Made by a program: the position numbers and the translations under genes. Source: Candidatus Latescibacterota bacterium (GTDB taxonomy: Bacteria > Latescibacterota > UBA2968 > UBA8231). Taken from it: 64,000 bases of DNA. The notes beneath the pieces are model-generated. The model was not told the DNA's origin. It did no database searches and saw nothing but the letters and a program-made list of their open reading frames with translations. Every line of letters begins with the position of its first letter. Position 1 is the first letter of the stretch. This document shows, one piece after another, positions 39,553 through 49,108 of this stretch. The stretch is taken from NCBI GenBank assembly GCA_965243025.1, contig CBDETY010000003.1, positions 3,296,001-3,360,000 on the forward strand. The letters are read 5' to 3'.

Positions 39553-41778
39553 TCACCGGGCTGTCAGGGAGACGGTGGCGCCGAAGTAGACGGAGCGGCG
39601 AAACAGGGAGGTGCGCGGCTGCCGCCGGGTGTAGTCGATGCTGTAGTCGTAGTCGAGCACGTTGGCGCGGTTGAGGAGGTTGTTGACGGCGAGGTAGAAG
39701 ACCGCCCGGTGCCCGGAGCCGAAGAACCGCAGGTAGCTCAGCTGTCCGTCCACCTTCTGAAAGGAGGGCAGCCGTTCCGAGCCGACCGGGCCTTCCACCG
39801 GCAGGTAGTAGCCTCTGCCTTCCACAGGAACCGCGCCGACCACCGGGGTGACCGGGCGGCCGGTAGCGTACCTCAGAGTGAAGCCGATGCTGAGGGTGCG
39901 GACGATCCGCGATTTCGCGACCAGGGTCAGGTTGTGGGTGATGTCGAACGGAGATGGGGCTTCTTCCCGCAGCATCTCGAACCCCTGGCGGCGCACCTGC
40001 ATCCGCCGCGAGCGCAGCAGACTCCAGGCCATCCAGCCGCTCATGCGGTTGTCGAGAAAGGCGCCGTACTTGCAGAAGAGGTCGACGCCTGAAGCCCGCC
40101 CCCTGCCCGCGTTCGCGAGGTTCAGGCCGGCGTCTTCCAGCACGAGGCCGCGGTAGGGCTTGTAGTACCCCTCCAGCCGCACCGACAGACCCCCGCGTTC
40201 GTGGTGCAGACCGCCTACCCAGTGCCGGGCGCGCCGGGGTCCCAGCCCGGGGTTGCCGCTGACGGGATTGTATTGGTACGGGGCCGGAAACTGGTGGTAG
40301 ATGCCCCAGGCGAGGCGGGCGCTGGTGTCCTTCGAGAGCTGGTAGCGGGCCGACAGGCGCGGATCCAGGACAAGACCGCCGCTCAGGCTGTGGCGGTCGG
40401 CGCGCATGCCGGCGTTGGCGGCGATGCGGCGCATCGGTTTGAAATCGACCTCGAACCAGGCGCCGGTGCGCCGGGCGCTATAGGAGGTGTCGAGCTCGTA
40501 TACCTCCGCCTCGGGGTCGAGGATGTCCCCCTTGGGAATGCTGCCCGCGAAGCGGTTGTCCGCGTGCTCCACTTCAGTCCCGAGTCGCAGGATCCCGGAT
40601 GCGCCGAGGACCCGTTCCCAGTCCGTGCGGAACTTGCCGGTCAGGTCGCTGGGGGTCAGGTCGAGGTTGCCCAGCCGCCGCCGGGCGGAGTGCCGGTTGA
40701 GCGAAGCGCTGGTCTGCATGGACCAGCCCGCCCGCGCGTCCGTCCACTGGAGATTGTGCAGGTAGTTATCGCTGCGGCCCCGGAAATGGCCGTCGAACGA
40801 GGGCTCGGACACGCGCACGCCGATCTCGTCACCCTCGCTGAAGCTGAACAGCTTGAGGCGTCCGCTCGGCGAGTACCGGTAGACCAGGTTGAGGTTGCCG
40901 TCCCGCCCCCGCGGCGTGACGACGAACTGGTCGCGGTGGCCGTTGACGCGGAACATGAGGTCGGTAAGGCTGAGGTTGCCGGTGAAGCGCAGGCCGAGCC
41001 TGTCGTCGACAAGCGGCAGGTCGATCCCCACCGAGCCGGCGGCCAGGCCCAGACCGAGGGTGCAGCTCCGCTGCGCGGGCATGTCCAGGCTCTCCATCGC
41101 CAGCACCGCGGAAAGGGCGTTGCCGTAGCGGGCGGAGAACCCGCCCGTGGAAAAGGCCGTCCCCCGCACCATGAAGGGAGGGATCGCGCCGAACACCCCG
41201 CCGGTCGGGGATTCGTACCTGTAGGGATGGACCACCGTGGCCTGGTCGAGCAGAACGACGGTCTCGCTCACGTCGCCGCCGCGGACGTAAAGGCCGGCCC
41301 CGTCATCCACCGCGGCGACGCCGGGGAAGGTCTGGAAGGCGCGGAAGATGTCGGCCGAAGCCCCCGGCGTCGTGACCACGTCGAGAGGAGAAAGGGTGAC
41401 GGCCTCCTCCTCCCCGGTGGTATAGGTGCTGGCGGTGACGACGGTCTCGCCCAGCTCGATGAGGGTGCGCCGCAGAACCAGGAGCACCGCCGCGGAATCG
41501 CCGGCGGCCAGACGCAGGCTTTGCCGCGCCGGTTCGAAGCCGATGAATGAGGCGGCCAGGCCGCGCGTTCCCAGGTGCCGGGTGGAAAAGGCGAAGCGGC
41601 CGTCGCGGCCCGTTATCGCGCCGTCGGTGCTGTCGAGGATCTGCACGTTGACGAAGGCCATCGGCTGCCGCGCTTCGTCGACGACCTGTCCCCGGACGAA
41701 AGCCCTGTCCTGCGCCAGGGCCGGCAAGGGAAAGCAGGCGCCGAAGAGGAGAGCCGCCACGCACGATCGCATCTTCAC
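39553..41778 (-). CDS. TonB-dependent receptor with an N-terminal carboxypeptidase-regulatory-like domain
   Basis: GQVVDE...SFIGF; LYVRGGD; TGGFSARYGNALSAVL; PRLSARY; NNLLNRAN; terminal strand. Confidence 0.9.
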   Translation of the reverse strand: MKMRSCVAALLFGACFPLPALAQDRAFVRGQVVDEARQPMAFVNVQILDSTDGAITGRDGRFAFSTRHLGTRGLAASFIGFEPARQSLRLAAGDSAAVLLVLRRTLIELGETVVTASTYTTGEEEAVTLSPLDVVTTPGASADIFRAFQTFPGVAAVDDGAGLYVRGGDVSETVVLLDQATVVHPYRYESPTGGVFGAIPPFMVRGTAFSTGGFSARYGNALSAVLAMESLDMPAQRSCTLGLGLAAGSVGIDLPLVDDRLGLRFTGNLSLTDLMFRVNGHRDQFVVTPRGRDGNLNLVYRYSPSGRLKLFSFSEGDEIGVRVSEPSFDGHFRGRSDNYLHNLQWTDARAGWSMQTSASLNRHSARRRLGNLDLTPSDLTGKFRTDWERVLGASGILRLGTEVEHADNRFAGSIPKGDILDPEAEVYELDTSYSARRTGAWFEVDFKPMRRIAANAGMRADRHSLSGGLVLDPRLSARYQLSKDTSARLAWGIYHQFPAPYQYNPVSGNPGLGPRRARHWVGGLHHERGGLSVRLEGYYKPYRGLVLEDAGLNLANAGRGRASGVDLFCKYGAFLDNRMSGWMAWSLLRSRRMQVRRQGFEMLREEAPSPFDITHNLTLVAKSRIVRTLSIGFTLRYATGRPVTPVVGAVPVEGRGYYLPVEGPVGSERLPSFQKVDGQLSYLRFFGSGHRAVFYLAVNNLLNRANVLDYDYSIDYTRRQPRTSLFRRSVYFGATVSLTAR

Positions 41779-42107
41779 AGCCGCGCCCCCCGGATCACCG
41801 TCTGCAGGGCCTCGAGGTGGGACTGCAGGGCTTTGGAACCCTTCTCGGTGAGGCGGTACCAGGTCACCGGCTTGCGGTTCTCGAAGCGCTTGTTCACGTC
41901 GAGGTACCCGGCGTCCTCCAGCTTGCGCAGGTGCGCCCCGAGGTTGCCGTCCGTCTCCTGAAGGAGCTGCTTCAGGCTGGTGAAGGTCATGGCGTCGACG
42001 TCGGCCAGCAGCACGCAGGCGCCGAGGCGGCTGCGGTGCTCCAGCAGCTTGTCCAGCCGGACCAGGCCTTTCGAGGTGACCTCAGCCGGTTGCGGCGGCT
42101 TCCTCAT
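41775..42107 (-). CDS. Winged-helix transcriptional regulator (MarR/ArsR-like)
   Basis: RSRLGACVLL..MTFTSLK..TDGNLGAHLRKLEDAGY..TWYRLTEKG. Confidence 0.88.
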   Translation of the reverse strand: MRKPPQPAEVTSKGLVRLDKLLEHRSRLGACVLLADVDAMTFTSLKQLLQETDGNLGAHLRKLEDAGYLDVNKRFENRKPVTWYRLTEKGSKALQSHLEALQTVIRGARL

Positions 42108-42666
42108 TTTTCGGCCTCATCCACAGGGCGCTGGCCACCAGGGCCGCGGCCGTGGCCATACCGACGATGGTCCAGGGGTACGCCTGGATGTGGTCGACCG
42201 CGGCCGACCCGACGATGAGCAGGACCCCCGGCCAGAGGGTGCGCCGGTCGATGTGCAGCCCGCCCAGGAAGAGCACGGCGCCGGAGAGCAGGGCGAAGAG
42301 CTGCCCGATCACCCAGCCGTCGAAGCGGTGGGAGAAAGCGATCGACAGGACCGCCACCCCGCCGAAGAAGATGGTGCCGAAGTGCAGGGCGCTCCTGGCG
42401 CCCAGGCCGGGCCTGCGGAGTCCCTGCTTCCGCTCCTGCCGGGTGCCCAGGCCGAGGCTGATGAGGAAGCCGGCGAGCGGGGCGGTCATCCAGTACAGGG
42501 GGGCGTAGTCCATGGCGAAATCGTTGAGGGCGTACCCGGCGGCGATGATCACCGCCCACATGAGGGTTATTCCCAGGTAGCGGTACTGCCCCTTCTCCCG
42601 CCGCTCCACCGCCCGGCGGAGGAAGGACACGTCCTCTTCGAGCTTCTGCGTCACCTTCGGGTCCAT
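42082..42666 (-). CDS. Hypothetical ~6-TM membrane protein
   Basis: Hydrophobic helices; first gene of the regulator-TonB-TPR operon. Confidence 0.75.
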   Translation of the reverse strand: MDPKVTQKLEEDVSFLRRAVERREKGQYRYLGITLMWAVIIAAGYALNDFAMDYAPLYWMTAPLAGFLISLGLGTRQERKQGLRRPGLGARSALHFGTIFFGGVAVLSIAFSHRFDGWVIGQLFALLSGAVLFLGGLHIDRRTLWPGVLLIVGSAAVDHIQAYPWTIVGMATAAALVASALWMRPKNEEAAATG

Positions 42667-42838
42667 GGGGAGTCTCCTTTGCGCGGCTGCCGCCCTGAAA
42701 ACCGGGAGCGGCGGCCCTTTCCATTGATGGGGTTCCAGTGGCTTTTCAACTATTGCAGAGTTCTCTATAAAATAGAGTTGACAGCCGCCCTGTCAACTGT
42801 TTCTTCAACACACAACCCCTTTCGACTGGAGGTTACCC

Positions 42839-43330
42839 ATGGGACTTCCGAAGAACGCGACGCCGGCGATACTTGCCCTGCTGGTGTCCGTGAACGCGGG
42901 TCTTGCCCAGCCAGCCCCTCCGGACGTGGTGGTGGCCGAGCCATTCACCCCGGAGGAGTTCGAGGGCGACCAGGGCGGCTTCATCCTCGTGACCTGGAAT
43001 GCGGTGGAGGGAGCGGACGGATACCGGGTTTACCGCGAGATAGGGATCACTCATGGCCTCGATGAACAGGGAAACGTGGTAGAGCTGGGTCCCTCCGCGA
43101 CTGCCTTCGTGCCGTGGGCCTTCGTCGAGGCTGAGGCTGGGGAAACTCTCGTAAGGGTCGTCGTCGCGACCCTCGACAGCGATTGGGACACCCGGTGGGC
43201 GATCAGGACCGTGCAGAATACCGATGACGGGCCGGTCTATTCCGAGCCGTTGTACTTCCACGTGCAGGTGGAAGGGATACCGACGGGAGTGGAGACGCGC
43301 AGCTGGGGGGCCGTGAAAGCCGCCAGGTGA
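42839..43330 (+). CDS. Secreted protein (Fn3-like) with a C-terminal VE..SWG.VK tail
   Basis: RBS ggagg; signal peptide; VTWNAVEGADGYRVYR; ends TGVETRSWGAVKAAR. Confidence 0.8.
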   Translation: MGLPKNATPAILALLVSVNAGLAQPAPPDVVVAEPFTPEEFEGDQGGFILVTWNAVEGADGYRVYREIGITHGLDEQGNVVELGPSATAFVPWAFVEAEAGETLVRVVVATLDSDWDTRWAIRTVQNTDDGPVYSEPLYFHVQVEGIPTGVETRSWGAVKAAR

Positions 43331-43669
43331 GGTCACCCTGCGACGCGGTGAAGGCCAAAGGCGTCGAAAGAGCACAATCCCCTGCCTGCTGCCCGCTTGC
43401 GCAATTCGGCGTGAATTCGGTCGCCGCTTCCCAGCTCGCCGTACACCCCCGGTAAGGCTCGCTCAGGCGCCTTGAGGGCCGGGCGCATCGCCGCCGCGGT
43501 CGTAGGCTTGATTACGAGCGCAGGTACCAGTCCGGTTTTCGGTCGATTTCCCCGAGTCCAGCCGCAGACCCCCGCCTTTCCAGGCTCGTCCTGGCGATTC
43601 CGGATTCTCATCTTTGCCATGTCCATAATATGTCGAATAAAATATCGATAAAACGGGGAAATTGCTCCA

Positions 43670-43703
43670 AATAATTGACAAACATTAGACAGTTTGGCAT
43701 ATT
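43670..43703 (+). promoter_or_regulatory. Sigma70-type promoter overlapped by CarH-type 11-bp direct repeats
   Basis: TTGACA (43675-43680), 17 bp, then CATATT. Tandem 11-mers aataattgaca / aacattagaca (TnnACA). Confidence 0.6.
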
Positions 43704-43711
43704 TCCCCGGC

Positions 43712-44677
43712 ATGGAATGGACTCCGGGACACCCCATCAAGGTCGCCGTGCGGCGAACCGGGCTGTCGGCCCATGTCATCCGCGTCTGGGAAAAACGGTA
43801 TGGAGCCGTGGTCCCGGCACGGACCCCCACCAACCGGCGGCTTTACTCCGACGAGGACATCGTCCGCCTGCAGTGGCTGCGGCAGGCGGTGGAGGCGGGA
43901 CAGAGCATCGGCAGGATCGCCGGCCTCCCCACTTCCGAACTGGTGAAACTGGTCCGCGCCGAGGGAACATCCGCGCTGTCGGCTCCAAAGCCGGCCGGCG
44001 GCGAGGCAGACGCAGACGGCAGCGGCGAGCCCCCTGAATTCCTCGAGCGGGCCCTGGTCGCGGTGCAGGGGCTGGACGCGGCGGCGCTCGAGGAGCAGCT
44101 GGTCCGCGCCTCGGCGGCGTTGAGCCAGCCGGATCTGCTCGAAGAGCTGGTCCAGCCGCTGATGGGGCGGATCGGCCGCATGTGGCAGGAGGGGAACCTG
44201 CGGGTGGCCGACGAGCACATGGCCACGGCCGTGGTGCGCAGCTTCGTCGGCAACCTGCCGGCCGGTTTCCAGCTTTCCGAAACCGCACCCCATGCGGTCG
44301 CCACCACGCCGGCGGGACAGCTGCATGAGTTGGGGGCCCTGCTCGCTTCGGTGGCCGCCGCCTCGGAGGGCTGGAACTCGACCTTCCTGGGCCCCAACCT
44401 GCCGGCCGAGGAGATCGCCGGAGCCGCCGCGCAGAAAGGGGCCAGGGCCGTTCTCCTGAGCATATCCTACCCTGGCGACGATCCCCGCCTCGGCGGCGAG
44501 CTGCTGAAGCTGGGCCGTCTGCTGGGAGCCGGGACCGCCCTGTTCGCCGGCGGCCGGGCCGTCCCGCAGTACCGGCGTTTCCTCGAGGGGGCCGGCGGGG
44601 TCGCCCTCGACGACCTGGGCGGCCTGCGCGACGCCCTCGGTCTCCTGCGCCGGGAGACCGCGGCGCCAGGGGGTTGA
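43712..44677 (+). CDS. CarH/LitR-like MerR-family B12-dependent regulator
   Basis: MerR HTH IRVWEKRYG..RRLYS; W-x9-EH (WQEGNLRVADEH); cobalamin motif GQLHELG; FLGPNLP. Confidence 0.88.
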   Translation: MEWTPGHPIKVAVRRTGLSAHVIRVWEKRYGAVVPARTPTNRRLYSDEDIVRLQWLRQAVEAGQSIGRIAGLPTSELVKLVRAEGTSALSAPKPAGGEADADGSGEPPEFLERALVAVQGLDAAALEEQLVRASAALSQPDLLEELVQPLMGRIGRMWQEGNLRVADEHMATAVVRSFVGNLPAGFQLSETAPHAVATTPAGQLHELGALLASVAAASEGWNSTFLGPNLPAEEIAGAAAQKGARAVLLSISYPGDDPRLGGELLKLGRLLGAGTALFAGGRAVPQYRRFLEGAGGVALDDLGGLRDALGLLRRETAAPGG

Positions 44678-44681
44678 GCGC

Positions 44682-45983
44682 GTGCCCGCGGATTCCCGAA
44701 CCGGGCGGCGGCCTGGGGGGATGCCCCCGGCCCCGGGGCGGCGCATCGCCGTGGTGGGAAGCGGTATCTCCGGCCTGACCGCGGCCTCCCTGCTGCACCC
44801 CGATCACCGCGTCACCCTGTTCGAAGCCAACGACTACATCGGCGGCCACACCCATACCCTCGACGTCGAGCAGGACGGACGCCGCTATGCCGTGGACACC
44901 GGGTTCATCGTCTTCAACGAACCCAACTACCCGCATTTCAACCGCCTGCTGCGGCGCCTGGGGGTCGCTTCCCGGCCGACCCGGATGAGCTTCAGCGTCA
45001 AGTGCGGCCGCACCGGCCTCGAGTACGCCAGCACCCCGCTGACCAGCCTGTTCGCCCAGCGGCGCAACGCGCTGCGGCCGGCCTTCCACCGCATGCTCGC
45101 CGATATCCTGCGCTTCAACCGCGAGTCGCCGGAGCTGCTGCGCGACCCCGACGACGCCACCACCCTGGGGGACTACCTGGCGGACAACGGCTATTCCCGG
45201 GGTTTCATCGAGCACCACATCATCCCGCTGGGGTCGGCCCTGTGGTCGGCCCTGCCCGACCGCATGTACGGGTTCCCGGCCTGCTACTTCGTCCGCTTCT
45301 TCGCCCACCACGGCTTCCTGCAGGTGCGCGGACGCACTCCCTGGCGCGTCATCGAGGGAGGTTCGCGGCGCTACGTCGAGGCGCTGATCCGCCCCTTCAG
45401 GGAGCGCATCCGCATCGGTTGCCCGGTGGCCTCCGTGCGGCGTACCGCCCGGGGAGTGGAGGTGCGCCCCCGGGCCGGGGAGGCGGAGCTGTTCGACGAG
45501 GTCGTCCTCGCCGTGCACAGCGACCAGGCCCTGCGGCTGCTGGCCGAGCCCACGCCGGCCGAGCGCCAGGTCCTCGGGGCCATGCCGTTCCAGGCCAACG
45601 ACGTCGCCCTGCACACCGACGCCTCCCTGCTGCCGGAGCGCCGCCGCGCCTGGGCCAGCTGGAACTACTTCATCCCGCCCGACAAGGGGATCCCCGCCAC
45701 CGTCACCTACCACATGAACTCCCTCCAGGGCCTGGAGAGCCGCCTGCCGTTCTGCGTCAGCCTCAACCGCACCGGCGAGATCGCACCGGAGCGGATCATC
45801 GCCCGCATGACCTACCACCACCCCGTCCACTCGCCCGCCTCGCTGGCCGCCCGCAAGCAGCGGCAGCGGATCGACGGGATCGACCGCATCCATTTCTGCG
45901 GGGCCTGGTGGGGCTTCGGTTTCCACGAGGACGGAGTGGCCAGCGCCCTGGAAGTGACGCGGCGCTTCGGCAAGACCTTGTGA
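44682..45983 (+). CDS. FAD-dependent oxidoreductase (UfaD/RSP1091-like)
   Basis: IAVVGSGISGL; GGHTHT; VDTGFIVFN; AWASWNY; GFHEDG. Confidence 0.88.
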   Translation: MPADSRTGRRPGGMPPAPGRRIAVVGSGISGLTAASLLHPDHRVTLFEANDYIGGHTHTLDVEQDGRRYAVDTGFIVFNEPNYPHFNRLLRRLGVASRPTRMSFSVKCGRTGLEYASTPLTSLFAQRRNALRPAFHRMLADILRFNRESPELLRDPDDATTLGDYLADNGYSRGFIEHHIIPLGSALWSALPDRMYGFPACYFVRFFAHHGFLQVRGRTPWRVIEGGSRRYVEALIRPFRERIRIGCPVASVRRTARGVEVRPRAGEAELFDEVVLAVHSDQALRLLAEPTPAERQVLGAMPFQANDVALHTDASLLPERRRAWASWNYFIPPDKGIPATVTYHMNSLQGLESRLPFCVSLNRTGEIAPERIIARMTYHHPVHSPASLAARKQRQRIDGIDRIHFCGAWWGFGFHEDGVASALEVTRRFGKTL

Positions 45984-46783
45984 CCCGGCACAGCTGCATA
46001 TACGAAGGGCGGTTGCGGCATCGCCGCTTCGCGCCGGTGCCCCACGCCTTCGAGTACCGGCTCTTCATGATGTACCTCGACCTCGCCGAGCTGCCCCACC
46101 TGTTCGACCGGCGCTGGCTGTGGTCGTCGGAGCGGCCCAACCTCGCCTGTTTCCGGCGCGCCGACCATCTCGGGGAGCCGCAGCAGCCCCTGGAGGACAG
46201 CGTGCGGCAACTGGTCGGGGAGGAGAGCGGGCGCCGTCCCGACGGGCCGATCCGCCTGCTGACCCACCTGCGCTACAGCGGCTACTGCTTCAACCCGGTC
46301 AGCTTCTACTACTGCTTCGACCGCGCCGGCAGGCGCCTGGAGACGGTGGTGGGAGAGGTGAACAACACCCCCTGGGGGGAACGGCACTGCTACGTCCTGC
46401 ACCAGGGACTCGACAGCGGCCGCGGACCGCACAAATGTTACCGTTTCACGAAAGCCTTCCACGTCTCCCCCTTCATGGCCATGGAGCAGGACTACACCTG
46501 GCGCTTTTCGACGCCGCGCAGCAGACTTGCGGTGCACATGGACAACCGCCAGGACGGCAGCCGTCTGTTCGACGCCACCCTCGCCCTGCGGCGGCGGGAA
46601 ATCAGCGCCGCCTCCCTGGCCCGGGTCCTGGCGCAGTATCCGCTGATGACGGCCAGGGTGATCGCCGCCATTCACTGGCAGGCCCTGAGACTGTGGCTCA
46701 AGGGCTGCCCCTTCCACCCTCATCCCGGTTCCCGGACACATGAAAACGGCCATACAGCCGACGGCTCCCTCCCCCGCAGCTGA
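45980..46783 (+). CDS. DUF1365 family protein (UfaO/RSP1090-like)
   Basis: GTG overlaps the upstream stop; HRRFAP..F.Y; FNPVSFYYC; EVNNTPWGERHCY; KAFHVSPFM; IHWQALRLWLKG. Confidence 0.9.
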   Translation: MTRHSCIYEGRLRHRRFAPVPHAFEYRLFMMYLDLAELPHLFDRRWLWSSERPNLACFRRADHLGEPQQPLEDSVRQLVGEESGRRPDGPIRLLTHLRYSGYCFNPVSFYYCFDRAGRRLETVVGEVNNTPWGERHCYVLHQGLDSGRGPHKCYRFTKAFHVSPFMAMEQDYTWRFSTPRSRLAVHMDNRQDGSRLFDATLALRRREISAASLARVLAQYPLMTARVIAAIHWQALRLWLKGCPFHPHPGSRTHENGHTADGSLPRS

Positions 46784-48038
46784 AGGCCGCCCCGCCGACC
46801 CTGCGGGCCGGCTCGACCGCCTGGCGCGGCGGCTGGTGCTGGGACAGCTGCAGCGCATGCCGCGCGGCGCGGTCCGCCTGGTCGAAGGGAAACGGCGCCG
46901 CGACTTCGGACGGGCGCAAGCCGGCCTCGAAGCGGTCCTGGAGATCCACGACCCCCGCTTCTTCCGCGCCCTGCTTCTCGGGGGCGCCATCGGCGCGGCC
47001 GAAGCCTGGATGCGGGGGTGGTGGAGCTGCGGCGACCTTCCCGGCGCGTGCCGCCTGGCGGTGGCCAACATCGAGTGGATGCACCGGCGCGAACGGGGCT
47101 GGGCGCGGCTGGCGGCTCCGGCCCGCAAGCTCGCCCACGCCCTCAGGCGCAACACCCGCCGCGGCAGCCGCGGCAACATCGCCGCCCACTACGACCTGAG
47201 CAACGAGTTCTTCCGCCTCTTCCTCGACGACAACCTGATGTACTCCTGCGCCGTGTTCCCGCGGCCGGACAGCTCCCTGGAAGAGGCCTCCCGCCACAAG
47301 GTCGACCGCATCTGCAGGAAGCTCGCCCTGGCGCCGGACGACCACCTGCTGGAAATCGGCACCGGATGGGGCGGTTTCGCCCTGCACGCGGCCGGCGAGT
47401 ACGGCTGCCGGGTGACGACGGCGACCATCTCGCAGGAACAGCTCGAGCTGGCTCGCCAGCGGGTGAAGGAGGCCGGCCTCGACGGGCGGGTGGAGGTGGT
47501 GCTGTCCGACTACCGAGACCTGCGGGGCCGGTACGACAAGCTGGTCTCCATAGAGATGATCGAAGCGGTGGGCCACCACTACTTCGACGCCTACTTCGGC
47601 TGCTGCTCCCGCCTGCTGAAACCGGAGGGGCTGATGCTGCTGCAGGCCATCGTCATCGACGACCGCGCCTACGAGCGGGCGCGCCGCTCCGTCGATTTCA
47701 TCAAGGCTTTCATCTTTCCGGGCAGCTGCATCCCGTCGCTGGAGGTCATCAGCCGCTCGCTGGCCGGGGCCACCGACATGCGCCTGGTGCACCTCGAGGA
47801 CATCGGGGCCCACTACGCCCGCACCCTGAGGGCCTGGCGCTCGCGGTTCCTGGCGGCGGAAGAGCAGGTTCTGCAGCTGGGATTCTCCCGGGAATTCATC
47901 CGCATGTGGGACTTCTACCTCTCCTACTGCATCGGCGGTTTCGAGGAGCGCCACATCTCCGACGTGCAGATGCTCCTGGCCAAGCCGGGCAACCGGCGCC
48001 CGGCGCAGCTGCCCGAGATCGGGCACGGCCAGGTGTAG
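46740..48038 (+). CDS. Cyclopropane-fatty-acyl-phospholipid synthase family SAM methyltransferase
   Basis: NIAAHYDLSNEFF; MYSCA; LEIGTGWG; SIEMIEAVG; IFPG; W.FYLSYC.GGF. Confidence 0.93.
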   Translation: MKTAIQPTAPSPAAEGRPADPAGRLDRLARRLVLGQLQRMPRGAVRLVEGKRRRDFGRAQAGLEAVLEIHDPRFFRALLLGGAIGAAEAWMRGWWSCGDLPGACRLAVANIEWMHRRERGWARLAAPARKLAHALRRNTRRGSRGNIAAHYDLSNEFFRLFLDDNLMYSCAVFPRPDSSLEEASRHKVDRICRKLALAPDDHLLEIGTGWGGFALHAAGEYGCRVTTATISQEQLELARQRVKEAGLDGRVEVVLSDYRDLRGRYDKLVSIEMIEAVGHHYFDAYFGCCSRLLKPEGLMLLQAIVIDDRAYERARRSVDFIKAFIFPGSCIPSLEVISRSLAGATDMRLVHLEDIGAHYARTLRAWRSRFLAAEEQVLQLGFSREFIRMWDFYLSYCIGGFEERHISDVQMLLAKPGNRRPAQLPEIGHGQV

Positions 48039-48050
48039 GAGGGGGCGGCC

Positions 48051-48680
48051 GTGTCCATCGTATTGGCCTGCAGCCTGCCGGCAGCCATGGCGGGCATGGC
48101 GGCGCTCTACTGGCTGCAGCGGCGACGGCTGGGAGCCGCGGCGGATCCTCGCCGGCCTGATGGGGGCCGCCTGGTCCTTCCGCCTCGCCGCATACCTGGT
48201 GGCCGACCGGCTGGTGAGGGCCGCCGAAGAGGACGGCCGCTACCGGATGCTGCGGGACCAGTGGGGTGACCGGGCCCAGGTCCGCTTCTTCTGGCTGTTC
48301 CAGGCGCAGGCCCTGCTGGTGGTCCTGTTCGGCCTGCCATTCTTTGCGGTTGCGGCCAGAACCGAGGCGGGCTGGACCGCCTGGGACGCCGCCGGACTGC
48401 TGGTGTGGGCGGCGGCCGTGGCCGGCGAATGGACCGCCGACCGCCAGCTGTCCGCCTTCCGGGGCCAGGCCGCCAACCGGGGGCGCACCTGCGACCGCGG
48501 ACTGTGGCGGTACTCGCGCCACCCCAACTACTTCTTCGAGTGGATCCACTGGTGGGCGTACGCGCTCATGGCGGCGGGCTCGCCGACCGCCTGGCTGGCC
48601 TGGATCGGGCCGCCGTCGATGCTGTTCCTGCTCTACCGGGTGACCGGCATCCCCTACACCGAGAAGCGGGCACTGGCCAG
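48051..48680 (+). pseudogene. DUF1295 family (steroid 5-alpha-reductase-like), with internal deletion/frameshift and 3' truncation
   Basis: The N-terminus breaks after WLQRRRL. It resumes in another frame with EDGRY, ADRQL, GLWRYSRHPNYFFEW and GIPYTE, then runs into unrelated AT-richer DNA. Confidence 0.75.
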
Positions 48681-48839
48681 CCATCTACTCAGCCGGCTTC
48701 ATCTTCTCCTCTCGGAATCGGGCCTGATTTCAAGCCGAATCGGTTCAGGAAAAAGTCTATTTTTCCACCGGTTTCCACTCAAATACCACTGAAACGGCTT
48801 TTATTTCCACCGGTTTATCACTCAGGAGGGATTATATTT

Positions 48840-49040
48840 ACCGAGGTCGGGCTGGTGGCCGGCCTGCGCTCGGTCGCCGGGCACCCCGAGAAGGAGCACG
48901 GGCTGCGGGTCAGCCTCAAAGCGAGGGGAACTGCGAGGTGGCCGGCGAGGGTCTGCGCGCTACGCTGTTCCGGTGTCTTCGCGAGCTGTTGCTCAACCTC
49001 GCCCGGCATGCCGGCACGAACGACGCGGCGGCAGGGTCCC
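48840..49040 (+). pseudogene. Remnant of a NarX/HisKA_3-type histidine kinase
   Basis: EVGLVAGLRSV...HGLRVSL, then frameshifted TLFRCLRELLLNLARHAG (N-box), directly upstream of the NarL-type regulator. Confidence 0.65.
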
Positions 49041-49108
49041 TGCGCCGCGACGAGAGGCACCGAGCCTGGCGGTCCCTTCCTCATCCCTGGAGCCAAGGAG
49101 AACTCCCG

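Noticed and set aside
45002-45979. 593-aa ORF as an extended DUF1365 protein
   Set aside because: The upstream part is an alternate frame of the oxidoreductase. The real start is GTG 45980.
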